Shown here: in pieces, positions 1 through 7,421 of the stretch
Layout: every line of letters starts with the position of its first letter
How positions within the stretch are numbered: position 1 is the first letter of the stretch
NCBI GenBank assembly: GCA_964400685.1
Contig: CAYNVT010000007.1
Coordinates: 1 to 62,324 of the forward strand
Length of the DNA stretch: 62,324 nucleotides
From: an uncultured Bacteriovoracaceae bacterium
GTDB lineage: Bacteria; Desulfobacterota; Desulfomonilia; UBA1062
Reading direction: 5' to 3'
Notes under the pieces: generated by a model
Database searches by the model: none
The model's input: the letters and a program-made list of their open reading frames with translations, nothing else
Told to the model about the DNA's origin: nothing
Position numbers and translations under genes: made by a program

Positions 1-2
1 CT

Positions 3-341
3 GTCAATGACATGTACGGACTTGTAATATCCTCAATACTGGATGAACTCAGGCAGAAGATCGATCAAAAAATAAAGCTTACCTCAATCCCTGCATTCAT
101 AACCACCATCTGCATAGATAACATAATAAATCACGAATCATATCAAAGGGTTTATGATGCGCTTGCCTCGACCGACGGCGTAATGGAGATTCAGATAATG
201 AGCATTTACGGCCATTCCATATGCCACACGGCAAAGATTAAAGGCACGCTCGAAGATATTATGCTTAATTTCAAGAACAAAAACATCCCCGGCATCGATA
301 TCCAGATAAAAGACGATTCCGCCCGGCTGATAATCGAGTAG
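3..341 (+). CDS. Hypothetical protein, C-terminal part (runs off window start)
   Basis: Frame is open from position 3 to TAG at 339-341; no family recognised. Confidence 0.55.
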   Translation, partial: VNDMYGLVISSILDELRQKIDQKIKLTSIPAFITTICIDNIINHESYQRVYDALASTDGVMEIQIMSIYGHSICHTAKIKGTLEDIMLNFKNKNIPGIDIQIKDDSARLIIE

Positions 342-415
342 AAAACCTATATTTTTATTGAGAGTGCCGGTATGTTTACAAATACCCGACAAGTATTTGC
401 AGATTCTCAGTTTTC

Positions 416-559
416 TCACATCTCAGTGTTTTTTATCGGTAATATTTCTTGTGATTGAATCTTTTTCTTGAGATATTTAAGGATATTCTTTTGAGCCTGG
501 CGGTCTAAGGCTTCAAGCTCTTTGAATGCCCTCTCATCCCATTCAACCTTCCAGCCTAA
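416..559 (-). pseudogene. Truncated RelE/StbE-like toxin remnant
   Basis: Manual translation (L)GWKVEWDERAFKELEALDRQAQKNILKYLKKKIQ... matches the RelE N-terminus. It overlaps the antitoxin end, has TTA where a start is expected, and stops after 47 codons. Confidence 0.7.
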
Positions 560-756
560 GTTTCCGCTCCACTTCTTCCATGCTCAGCCGCTTCGCAGGT
601 TTCTTGAGCCGGTCAAGCAACATCATAAGCATCTTTAAAGTCTTCTATGTGTTCGAGTATTGCTTCCCTTACATAAAAGGTCTTTGTACGGCCTGTTTTC
701 CTGGCAAGGGTATCAAGCCTGTTTTCAATATCCTCTGGCAGTCGTACAGCTAACAT
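543..756 (-). pseudogene. RelB/StbD-like RHH antitoxin, frameshifted
   Basis: GGAGG RBS, then MLAVRLPEDIENRLDTLARKTGRTKTFYVREAILEHIEDFKDAYDVA* (stop 613-615). The expected tail LDRLKKPAKRLSMEEVERKLRLEG* continues in another frame to 543. Not in the ORF track. Confidence 0.8.
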
Positions 757-843
757 AATTTCACCTCCGCTATACACGTACGTTGTCGTTGTTCAATCTG
801 CTGTCGCGTATTATGCGTCATTATAAGAGGCAGAATCTCAATA

Positions 844-872
844 TTACCAACTTATTTATCAATTGTTGGTAA
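844..872. repeat. 29-bp quasi-palindromic site, copy 1
   Basis: TTACCAACTTA-TTTATCA-ATTGTTGGTAA; perfect 8-bp outer inverted repeat. Confidence 0.85.
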
Positions 873-930
873 CTGACATCTCTTCCTTTATCCTCTGTTC
901 CCAAAGCAACTAATATGGATAAAAAGACGG

Positions 931-2094
931 CTATTCCGGGAACCCGTCCGGCTTCAGTTGAAGCAGGAACTCCTCGCAGGGAACGCACAGGATGCCGTCA
1001 CGTAAAAGTCTTTCCTTCCCTCTATACAGCAGCCATCGGCGGCTTTCCGGGAAGTCTTCACCGAAGTTTTTAAGTCCGCGCAGATCCTCCGGTCGCACCC
1101 GGGCGGAGTTCTTAACTTCCAGGGCGTACAAGCCGCCTTCCCCATAGACAACGAAATCCACCTCCACTTTCGAACGTGTCTGCCAGTAATGCAATTTGTG
1201 ATTGCCGCCCGAATAGTCACACCACGCCCGAAGATGTTGTGCAACGAGACTTTCCAGCGCAGCGCCATCGATCTCAGACGGTGCGTCCAGGGGACCGGTT
1301 GGACGGTTGGCGCGGAATACGCCGACATCAAAAAAGAAAAACTTCGGATGCACTGCAAGTTCACGCTGTGCCCGCCGGGTGAAAACCGGCACCCGAAAAG
1401 CCAGCAAAAGATCCTCCAATATTTCCAGATAACCCTCCACTGTCTTTCGGTTTACATGGCATTCCCGGGCGACATTGGCCAGATTGAGCACGGCTCCTTG
1501 CGAAAAGCTGATAGCTTCGAGGAAGCGGGAAAAGTTTCCGATATTGCGCACCAAACCTTCCATCTGCACTTCTTCCCTCAAATATAGGCCGCTATATGCA
1601 CGCAGGATTTCCTCCGGCGACTTGCCCCCCCGCACGATTGGCAGCATGCCAAGGAGCAATGCATCCTTAAGGTTGAATTTTGGACCAAGTTCGGCGGCCA
1701 TAAAGGGATACAAAGTCTTTTGCGCCGCACGCCCGCCTAAAAGATTAACACCGCCCCGTCTGAGCTTGCGTGCGCTTGAGCCGGTGAATATAAACTGCAC
1801 GCCCAGCTTATCCTCAATCAGCAGATGGACGACTTCCAGCAATTCCGGCAGCTTTTGCACTTCATCGATGACTACCTGAGCAGCTTCAGGCCGGGCACCT
1901 ATCAACTCCCTAAGGCGCTCGGGTCTTGCAGATAAAGAACGTAATGTTTCCGGATCCAGCAGATCAACCCTGAACGCCTTTGGAAAAAGCCTCTGGGTCA
2001 ACCAGGTCTTGCCTGTGCCGCGCGGTCCCAGCAGAAAGAAATGGTCAGAGGGCGGCATAAAATATCGTGGTACTGTTTCCATTTTGCGCCTCAT
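931..2094 (-). CDS. AAA+ ATPase (AAA_14) with DUF4143-type C-terminal domain
   Basis: Walker A GPRGTGKT, Walker B VVIDEVQK, FTGSS, C-terminal YWQTRSKVEVDFVV...LEVK motif. Confidence 0.9.
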   Translation of the reverse strand: MRRKMETVPRYFMPPSDHFFLLGPRGTGKTWLTQRLFPKAFRVDLLDPETLRSLSARPERLRELIGARPEAAQVVIDEVQKLPELLEVVHLLIEDKLGVQFIFTGSSARKLRRGGVNLLGGRAAQKTLYPFMAAELGPKFNLKDALLLGMLPIVRGGKSPEEILRAYSGLYLREEVQMEGLVRNIGNFSRFLEAISFSQGAVLNLANVARECHVNRKTVEGYLEILEDLLLAFRVPVFTRRAQRELAVHPKFFFFDVGVFRANRPTGPLDAPSEIDGAALESLVAQHLRAWCDYSGGNHKLHYWQTRSKVEVDFVVYGEGGLYALEVKNSARVRPEDLRGLKNFGEDFPESRRWLLYRGKERLLRDGILCVPCEEFLLQLKPDGFPE

Positions 2095-2198
2095 AATAGT
2101 ACAAGTGATGCTTTTTTATAAGATAATGTTCCAAGATTGGCAACTAAGAAATCATGAATTATGAATGAGGGAATTACAGGCCGTGTGACCAAACAGGA

Positions 2199-2318
2199 TT
2201 AAACTGAGCCCGGTCGGATGACCCGGCTTATAGAGATTTCGACAGTTCCGGCGCGCATCAGTCTGCCATTGCGCACGAAGTCCACCACGGCCTCGGCCCC
2301 GGCCCCACCGGAATGCAA
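2199..2318 (-). pseudogene. GC-rich orphan gene fragment (possibly a PDZ-like C-terminus)
   Basis: 39 codons LHSGGAGAEAVVDFVRNGRLMRAGTVEISISRVIRPGSV*; locally GC-rich within AT-rich DNA; no RBS. Confidence 0.3.
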
Positions 2319-2446
2319 GCACGCTGAACCTATGTGGTTGTTCCTGTTGTCTGGGTTGTTATAATTTTTACCTGAAATTCCTCGGGTTGTTTTTGTTCAA
2401 CCTGCTGTCGCGTATTAGCGACATCTGAAGAGGCATCATTTCAACA

Positions 2447-2475
2447 TTGCCAAATAATTTATCAATTGTTGGTGG
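2447..2475. repeat. 29-bp site, copy 2
   Basis: TTGCCAAATAA-TTTATCA-ATTGTTGGTGG. Confidence 0.85.
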
Positions 2476-2643
2476 CTGACCACTTCTTCTTTCAATTGCA
2501 GATATTCTCTTTCCCAAGTTCCCGCATAATGGCTTATTACCTATGTTATATAGCAATTAGTTATTTATTAATGTACGTCCCCGATTGTTACCTCGCATTG
2601 TCCAGTGGGCGTCCTTCCAGTTGGTTGAGGCAGCATCGCAATA

Positions 2644-2672
2644 TTTCCAAATAATTTGTCAATTGTTGGGGG
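2644..2672. repeat. 29-bp site, copy 3
   Basis: TTTCCAAATAA-TTTGTCA-ATTGTTGGGGG. Confidence 0.85.
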
Positions 2673-2721
2673 CTGACCCCTCATCTTTCTATGCAGCATT
2701 TGAAGAGGTATCTTCGCATCA

Positions 2722-2750
2722 TTTCCAAATAATTTGTTAATTGTTGGTGG
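2722..2750. repeat. 29-bp site, copy 4
   Basis: TTTCCAAATAA-TTTGTTA-ATTGTTGGTGG; contains the stop codon of the adjacent CDS. Confidence 0.85.
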
Positions 2751-3240
2751 CTGCCCCCTCTTCTTTCCTTTTTACTTCAATTTTGTAAAGTTTGAGAGTT
2801 TCTAGCCAAGGCTGTTTTACACTTGGGCTGAACTGATATTTCATTGACCTACTAAAGTAACCAGTAGGACGAATCATTTTTTTGAAAATGCTATTCCTTG
2901 AATTGGAGCCATCCGTGATAATTAGCCCTCCCTCATCAGGAAAATGCTGAATAATTTGGCCAAGCCATTGCTTCCCAAGTATGTAGACACCACTTCCACC
3001 TTCACCAACGCCGTCTCTTCTGTAAAAAAGAACATGAATATTAGGAAGGTCCCTGACATATTCCCTGACATCTCGTTGAATAAATTTTATTGTAGGAAGA
3101 CCACACAAAGATACCTGATTTTCCTTAATATGTGGAAACCGTATATCACAATATATTATCTCATCAACTAACTCGGCAAGCAGGTGTCGCGGTTCATCAA
3201 TGTCTTTTGCACAACATGGGTAGAAAGCCCTTTTATGCAA
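2737..3240 (-). CDS. Hypothetical protein, possible degenerate Rossmann/SAM-MTase-like fold
   Basis: Probable TTG start at 3240 overlaps the upstream stop; motifs FYPCCAKD, IIYCD, VLFYRRDGVGEGGSG, LIITDG; ends GAATNN* inside site 4. Confidence 0.65.
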   Translation of the reverse strand: MHKRAFYPCCAKDIDEPRHLLAELVDEIIYCDIRFPHIKENQVSLCGLPTIKFIQRDVREYVRDLPNIHVLFYRRDGVGEGGSGVYILGKQWLGQIIQHFPDEGGLIITDGSNSRNSIFKKMIRPTGYFSRSMKYQFSPSVKQPWLETLKLYKIEVKRKEEGAATNN

Positions 3241-3949
3241 CAAGCCTTTCGATTGTGATACCATTCCAGTTCTCCTGAATCGGCTGTGCAAGATGATTAC
3301 TCAATTCAATTACAAGCTTATGAAGTTCTTCGGTGTTTAATAACATCTTGAAAACACGTCCAAAGGGGTGTCCATTTCTACTCAAGGTAAAACTACAATT
3401 GCCATCAGAAATTAGTTCAATATCTTTAGGCATATCTCCAGCATTTTTTTCTAAATATTCAATACCAAGTTCTTTTTTTCCGAATTTCTTTGGCATATTT
3501 CTTACAAAATCAGGAGAATTTATAAAACAATATTCATGTATCATTTCTGTTCTATCAGGAACTGTCGTGTATCCAGTGGATGGAAATTTTGATTGCAAAT
3601 TGAGAGTTGAAGGATGGCTTAATGCATTGCGTATACGCCTCAGTATTACAGACATTGTAAGTTTTGGAGTATAGAATGTATTTTCTTTTATCATCTTTGA
3701 ATTAATTCCCCAAAGATTTGTTGTTTCAAGATCAGCCGTCAGGTAAGAAACCTTTCGCTCATTTTTAGTCATTTCATCTAAAAGAGTAATACAGCTTGTG
3801 AGGAGACATTGTAGAATGCATATGTCTAATGTGGAAGAGAAGTTTTTATCATCCTTTATAGAAAATCTTGAATACTGCCCAATTATAATACCTAAGCGAT
3901 AGGCCATATCAGCCTGAATTTGGTTTTTTTGGTCTCGGTAATATTCCAT
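3233..3949 (-). CDS. HEPN-motif protein (putative RNase)
   Basis: GGAG RBS + ATG at 3949; Rx4H motif RNALSH in a helical context; AT-rich. Confidence 0.65.
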   Translation of the reverse strand: MEYYRDQKNQIQADMAYRLGIIIGQYSRFSIKDDKNFSSTLDICILQCLLTSCITLLDEMTKNERKVSYLTADLETTNLWGINSKMIKENTFYTPKLTMSVILRRIRNALSHPSTLNLQSKFPSTGYTTVPDRTEMIHEYCFINSPDFVRNMPKKFGKKELGIEYLEKNAGDMPKDIELISDGNCSFTLSRNGHPFGRVFKMLLNTEELHKLVIELSNHLAQPIQENWNGITIERLVA

Positions 3950-4086
3950 ATGTAAGCTCCATACAAAATTAAAATACCATATATCCTTAGCCTGTTCACT
4001 TAATATAATAATACTTCGATCAACTGCTAATGAAAAGAGATAACATGTGATGTAATCAATATTTGGCAATGTTATCTATTAAGTCT

Positions 4087-4164
4087 GTATGCTGGGTTGA
4101 CGAAGGAAACCCAGCAAAAGAATGTTGGGTTTCGCTCATGAAGATGCTCAACCGAAACCTGCAT
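4087..4164. repeat. Inverted REP-like doublet
   Basis: GTATGCTGGGTTGACGAAGGAAACCCAGCA (internal hairpin) followed by the inverted relative TGTTGGGTTTCGCT...GCTCAACCGAAACCTGCAT. Confidence 0.65.
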
Positions 4165-4211
4165 AACTCAGTGAGACCTTTTTCAGGTGTTGCTTTTTCT
4201 CACCACTCACC

Positions 4212-4287
4212 ACTGACAACTCACCACTAGTTCCTCAACTGACAACTCACCACTAGTTTCTCAACTGACAACTCACCACTAGCCTCA
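4212..4287. repeat. Tandem repeat, 26-bp unit x3
   Basis: ACTGACAACTCACCACTAGTT(C/T)CTCA at 4212, 4238 and 4264 (third copy is shorter). Confidence 0.9.
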
Positions 4288-4288
4288 A

Positions 4289-5044
4289 CTAGTTCCTTAT
4301 CGTCATCCCCCCATCCACTACAAGCGAATGACCTGTTATAAATGATGAGTCTTCAGATGCGAGGAATAATGCTGCTCCTGCAATATCTTCAGGCTTCCCG
4401 AGGCGTTTGAGAGGCACCGCCTTGACCATCTTTTGCCTGAATTCGTCCGAGCTTATAAGAGGGGCCAGCATATCGGTCTCGATCGGCCCGGGACAGATCG
4501 CGTTAACCGTGACCTTGAATTTAGCAAGCTCCATGGCATTGGCCATGGTGAGGCCTATGACGCCGGACTTTGTAACACAATAGACCGGAAGAAATGCCGA
4601 ACCGCGTATGCCCTCCACCGATGACATGTTAATGATCCTGCCTCTTCCGCTCTTTTTCAGATAAGGCACGCAGGCCCTTGTCACACGCATGACCCCTGTC
4701 AGATTGACACCGAAGGCGCGGTCTATCTCAACGTCTACGATCTGCTCCATATAGCCTATGGTCCCGGTTCCAGCATTGTTAACGAGAACATCTATCCCGC
4801 CCATGGATTCGGCGGCCAATGCCGCAAGACGCCTTACATCATCCTCTTTTGAGACATCGGCGAGGGTTCCGTCTGCTTTCCCTCCTGATGCTTTGATCTG
4901 GTTTACGGTATTTTCAAGCCTCTCCGCATTAATGTCGGAAATGAACACGGATGCGCCTTCGGAAGCGAACCTTACCGCAATTGCCTTTCCTATGCCCGAG
5001 GCGGCGCCTGTTATAACTGCTCCTACTCCTTCAAGTTTCATCAT
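4289..5044 (-). CDS. SDR family oxidoreductase (FabG-like)
   Basis: TGAASGIG, NNAG, YCVTK, VDGG; start refined to 5044 (AAGGA RBS). Confidence 0.92.
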   Translation of the reverse strand: MMKLEGVGAVITGAASGIGKAIAVRFASEGASVFISDINAERLENTVNQIKASGGKADGTLADVSKEDDVRRLAALAAESMGGIDVLVNNAGTGTIGYMEQIVDVEIDRAFGVNLTGVMRVTRACVPYLKKSGRGRIINMSSVEGIRGSAFLPVYCVTKSGVIGLTMANAMELAKFKVTVNAICPGPIETDMLAPLISSDEFRQKMVKAVPLKRLGKPEDIAGAALFLASEDSSFITGHSLVVDGGMTIRN

Positions 5045-5051
5045 ACCATCC

Positions 5052-6125
5052 TTATAGTTTTGATTTATCGATAACGCCTTTCGCTGTTTCTTCAAGTATC
5101 TGCACTGCGAATTTGAGCATGCCAAAGCGCTCGTCCTTTGTCTGGCCGTTATAGAAGCGGTAATAAATCTGCTGGGCAATGACTGCGAGCCTGAAGAGCC
5201 CGAAGATGTAATAATAATCGAAGTTCTTTATTTTGATCCCCGAACGCTCCGAATATCTTTCAACAATCTCATGCCGGCTCATCATCCCGTCGATATTGGT
5301 CGGCATCAGCCTTATCATGAGCATGTTGGGCGAATCGTTCTTTTCAACCCAGTAGGCGAGAGAACTTCCAAGGTCCATGAGCGGGTCGCCTATGGTCGCC
5401 ATCTCCCAGTCAAGGACGCCAACGATCTTGAGTGGATCATCCCTGTCGAGCACTACATTATCGAATTTGTAGTCATTGTGGATTATTCCCGGCTTCGGGC
5501 TGTCGGGCGGCATTTTTTCAGCCAGCCATGCCATCACCGGTTCAAAATCGGGCACATCCGGCGTCCTTGCCTTTCTGTACCTTCCGCTCCACCCCTCTAT
5601 CTGCCTTTTTACGTAGCCCTCGGGCTTTCCATAGGATTCAAGGCCGATAACATGATAATCTATCGAATGCAGGTCAAGCTGGATGTCGATGAGGTTTTCC
5701 GAGAGCATTCTTGCCTGAGGGGCTGAAAGGCTCATTCCCTTCGGCAGGTCTTTTCTGAGGATAATTCCCTTGAGCCGCTCCATTACATAAAACGGGCAGC
5801 CCATTACGCTTTCATCTTCCGAATAAAGGATGGCCTCGGGACAATACGGGAACACAGGTTTGAGCGCCTTCAGCATCCTGAATTCCCTGCCCATGTCGTG
5901 CGCCGATTTTGCCTTTGTTCCGAAGGGAGGCCTTCTCAAGATCATTTCCTTATCGCCTGAGGTGACAAGATACGTCAGGTTTGAAAACCCGCTGGGGAAC
6001 TGTTTGATGTCAAGCTCTGAGGTAAGTCCGGGGATCGAGTCCCTCAGGAAAGCGCCGACCTTTTTAAGGTCTATCTCCTCGCCCTGCCTTATATCCTTCG
6101 GCTTGTCGGTATAGTCATCGCTCAT
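5052..6125 (-). CDS. APH-family phosphotransferase (ACAD10/11 N-terminal-like)
   Basis: GFSNLTY, LRRPP, HNDYKFDN, LDWEMATIGDPLMDL. Confidence 0.92.
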   Translation of the reverse strand: MSDDYTDKPKDIRQGEEIDLKKVGAFLRDSIPGLTSELDIKQFPSGFSNLTYLVTSGDKEMILRRPPFGTKAKSAHDMGREFRMLKALKPVFPYCPEAILYSEDESVMGCPFYVMERLKGIILRKDLPKGMSLSAPQARMLSENLIDIQLDLHSIDYHVIGLESYGKPEGYVKRQIEGWSGRYRKARTPDVPDFEPVMAWLAEKMPPDSPKPGIIHNDYKFDNVVLDRDDPLKIVGVLDWEMATIGDPLMDLGSSLAYWVEKNDSPNMLMIRLMPTNIDGMMSRHEIVERYSERSGIKIKNFDYYYIFGLFRLAVIAQQIYYRFYNGQTKDERFGMLKFAVQILEETAKGVIDKSKL

Positions 6126-6137
6126 CTTTCATCCCTT

Positions 6138-7331
6138 TCACGCATAGTTTTTCAAGGCCCTTCTGCCGAAAGAAACCTTGTGCACTTCATCGGCGCCGTC
6201 ATATATCCTGGCCGCCCGTTCATGGCGATAAAAATAAGCCAGGATGGTGTCATCTGTCATTCCGAGTCCTCCATGCACCTGAAGCGCGCGGTCGATAACC
6301 CGCTGCATGGCATTCGCCACCACGAACTTGATGAGCGCTATATCGTCTCTGGCGGCCTTCGCCCCTTCGGTTTCTATCTTCCATGCGGCATGGAGCGTCA
6401 TGAGCCTTGCGGCCTGGATATCGGCAGCACTTTCGGCGACCCATGACTGGATGATCTGCTTTGATGCAAGCGTCTTTCCGTCAGGGGATATAAGCCTTTT
6501 TGCGGCGCGGCTGCACATGAGGTCATAGGACCGTGCGCATATGCCCAGCCATCTCATGCAGTGATGTATCCTGCCCGGCCCGAGCCTTTCCTGCGCGATC
6601 ACGAAGCCCCAGCCTTCAGGCCCGAGAAGATTCTCCTGCGGCACCCTGCACGATTGGTAAAGAATCTCGGCATGGCTTGCATAATCGCTGCCTTCATGGC
6701 CCATTACCGGGATATTGCGCACCAGGTTGAAGCCCGGAGTACCGGTAGGGACTATTATCATGCTCGCCCGCATGTAAGGCGACTGATCGGGGTTTGTCAC
6801 GGCCATGACTATTGCGAATTTCGCACCGTCGGCCGAGCTCGTGTACCACTTCTGGCCGTTGATGACATAATCGTTGCCGTCCTTGACAGCGGTCGTGTCC
6901 ATCATGACGGGATTCGAACCCGGAAGCTCAACCTCGGTCATCGAAAAGCAGCTCCTTATTTTGCCCTCTATAAGGGGCTTCAGGTATTCTTCCTTCTGCT
7001 TATCGGTACCGTACTTGTGAAGGATCTCGATATTGCCCGCATCCGGGGCCTGGCAGTTGAAGACGTAATGCCCCAGAGGGGTGCGTCCCAGCTCTTCGGA
7101 CACAAGCGCATGCTCCATCAGATCAAGGCCCATTCCACCATACTCTTTGGGATGATTGGGAGCCCAGAGTTCCATCTGTTTGACGGCCCTGCGCTTATCT
7201 TCCAGCACTGGAAGCATGTCCCTGAACTCCTTGTTTACAAATTCAGGTTCAAGAGGAATGAGTTCCCTGTCTACGAATTCGCGGATCATGGAAAGGATGG
7301 CCTGCATTTTTTCCGTTACGGTAAAATCCAT
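6138..7331 (-). CDS. Acyl-CoA dehydrogenase (ACAD11-like)
   Basis: FNCQAPDAGN, CFSMTE, GPGRIHHCMR, RIYDGADEVH; GGAGG RBS at start 7331. Confidence 0.95.
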   Translation of the reverse strand: MDFTVTEKMQAILSMIREFVDRELIPLEPEFVNKEFRDMLPVLEDKRRAVKQMELWAPNHPKEYGGMGLDLMEHALVSEELGRTPLGHYVFNCQAPDAGNIEILHKYGTDKQKEEYLKPLIEGKIRSCFSMTEVELPGSNPVMMDTTAVKDGNDYVINGQKWYTSSADGAKFAIVMAVTNPDQSPYMRASMIIVPTGTPGFNLVRNIPVMGHEGSDYASHAEILYQSCRVPQENLLGPEGWGFVIAQERLGPGRIHHCMRWLGICARSYDLMCSRAAKRLISPDGKTLASKQIIQSWVAESAADIQAARLMTLHAAWKIETEGAKAARDDIALIKFVVANAMQRVIDRALQVHGGLGMTDDTILAYFYRHERAARIYDGADEVHKVSFGRRALKNYA

Positions 7332-7421
7332 TCTGACCTCCATCGGCTTGATTTCACAAATGATATGCCTATGTTCTTTTTTGCGCAAGCCCTGCCGCAT
7401 CGGCAGGAATATTTTTTCAGC

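Noticed and set aside
613-615. Selenocysteine or readthrough at the antitoxin TGA
   Set aside because: The homologous tail continues in a different frame, so this is a frameshift and not readthrough.
844-872. Xer dif/pdif site
   Set aside because: 29 bp with a 7-bp centre, and no TTATGTTAAAT-like XerD arm. The TTATGTTAG at ~750 is just the antitoxin start codon region.
2368-2654. 62-aa ORFs spanning sites 2-3
   Set aside because: Translations of the repeat DNA with no RBS or family resemblance.
844-2750. Integron attC sites or a CALIN
   Set aside because: Inverted arms are only 13 bp apart, far shorter than attC, with no L boxes. The more distant GTTGAAC at ~2395 does not fold back on the core. 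No intI in the window.
4060-4073. Inverted half-copy of the site (14-nt match to copy 2)
   Set aside because: Only one arm, in AT-rich DNA; could be chance. Worth rechecking if a PWM scan is run.
844-4287. CRISPR array (29-bp sites or 26-bp tandem)
   Set aside because: Site spacing is irregular (78-1603 bp), the 26-bp units have no spacers, and no cas genes are present.
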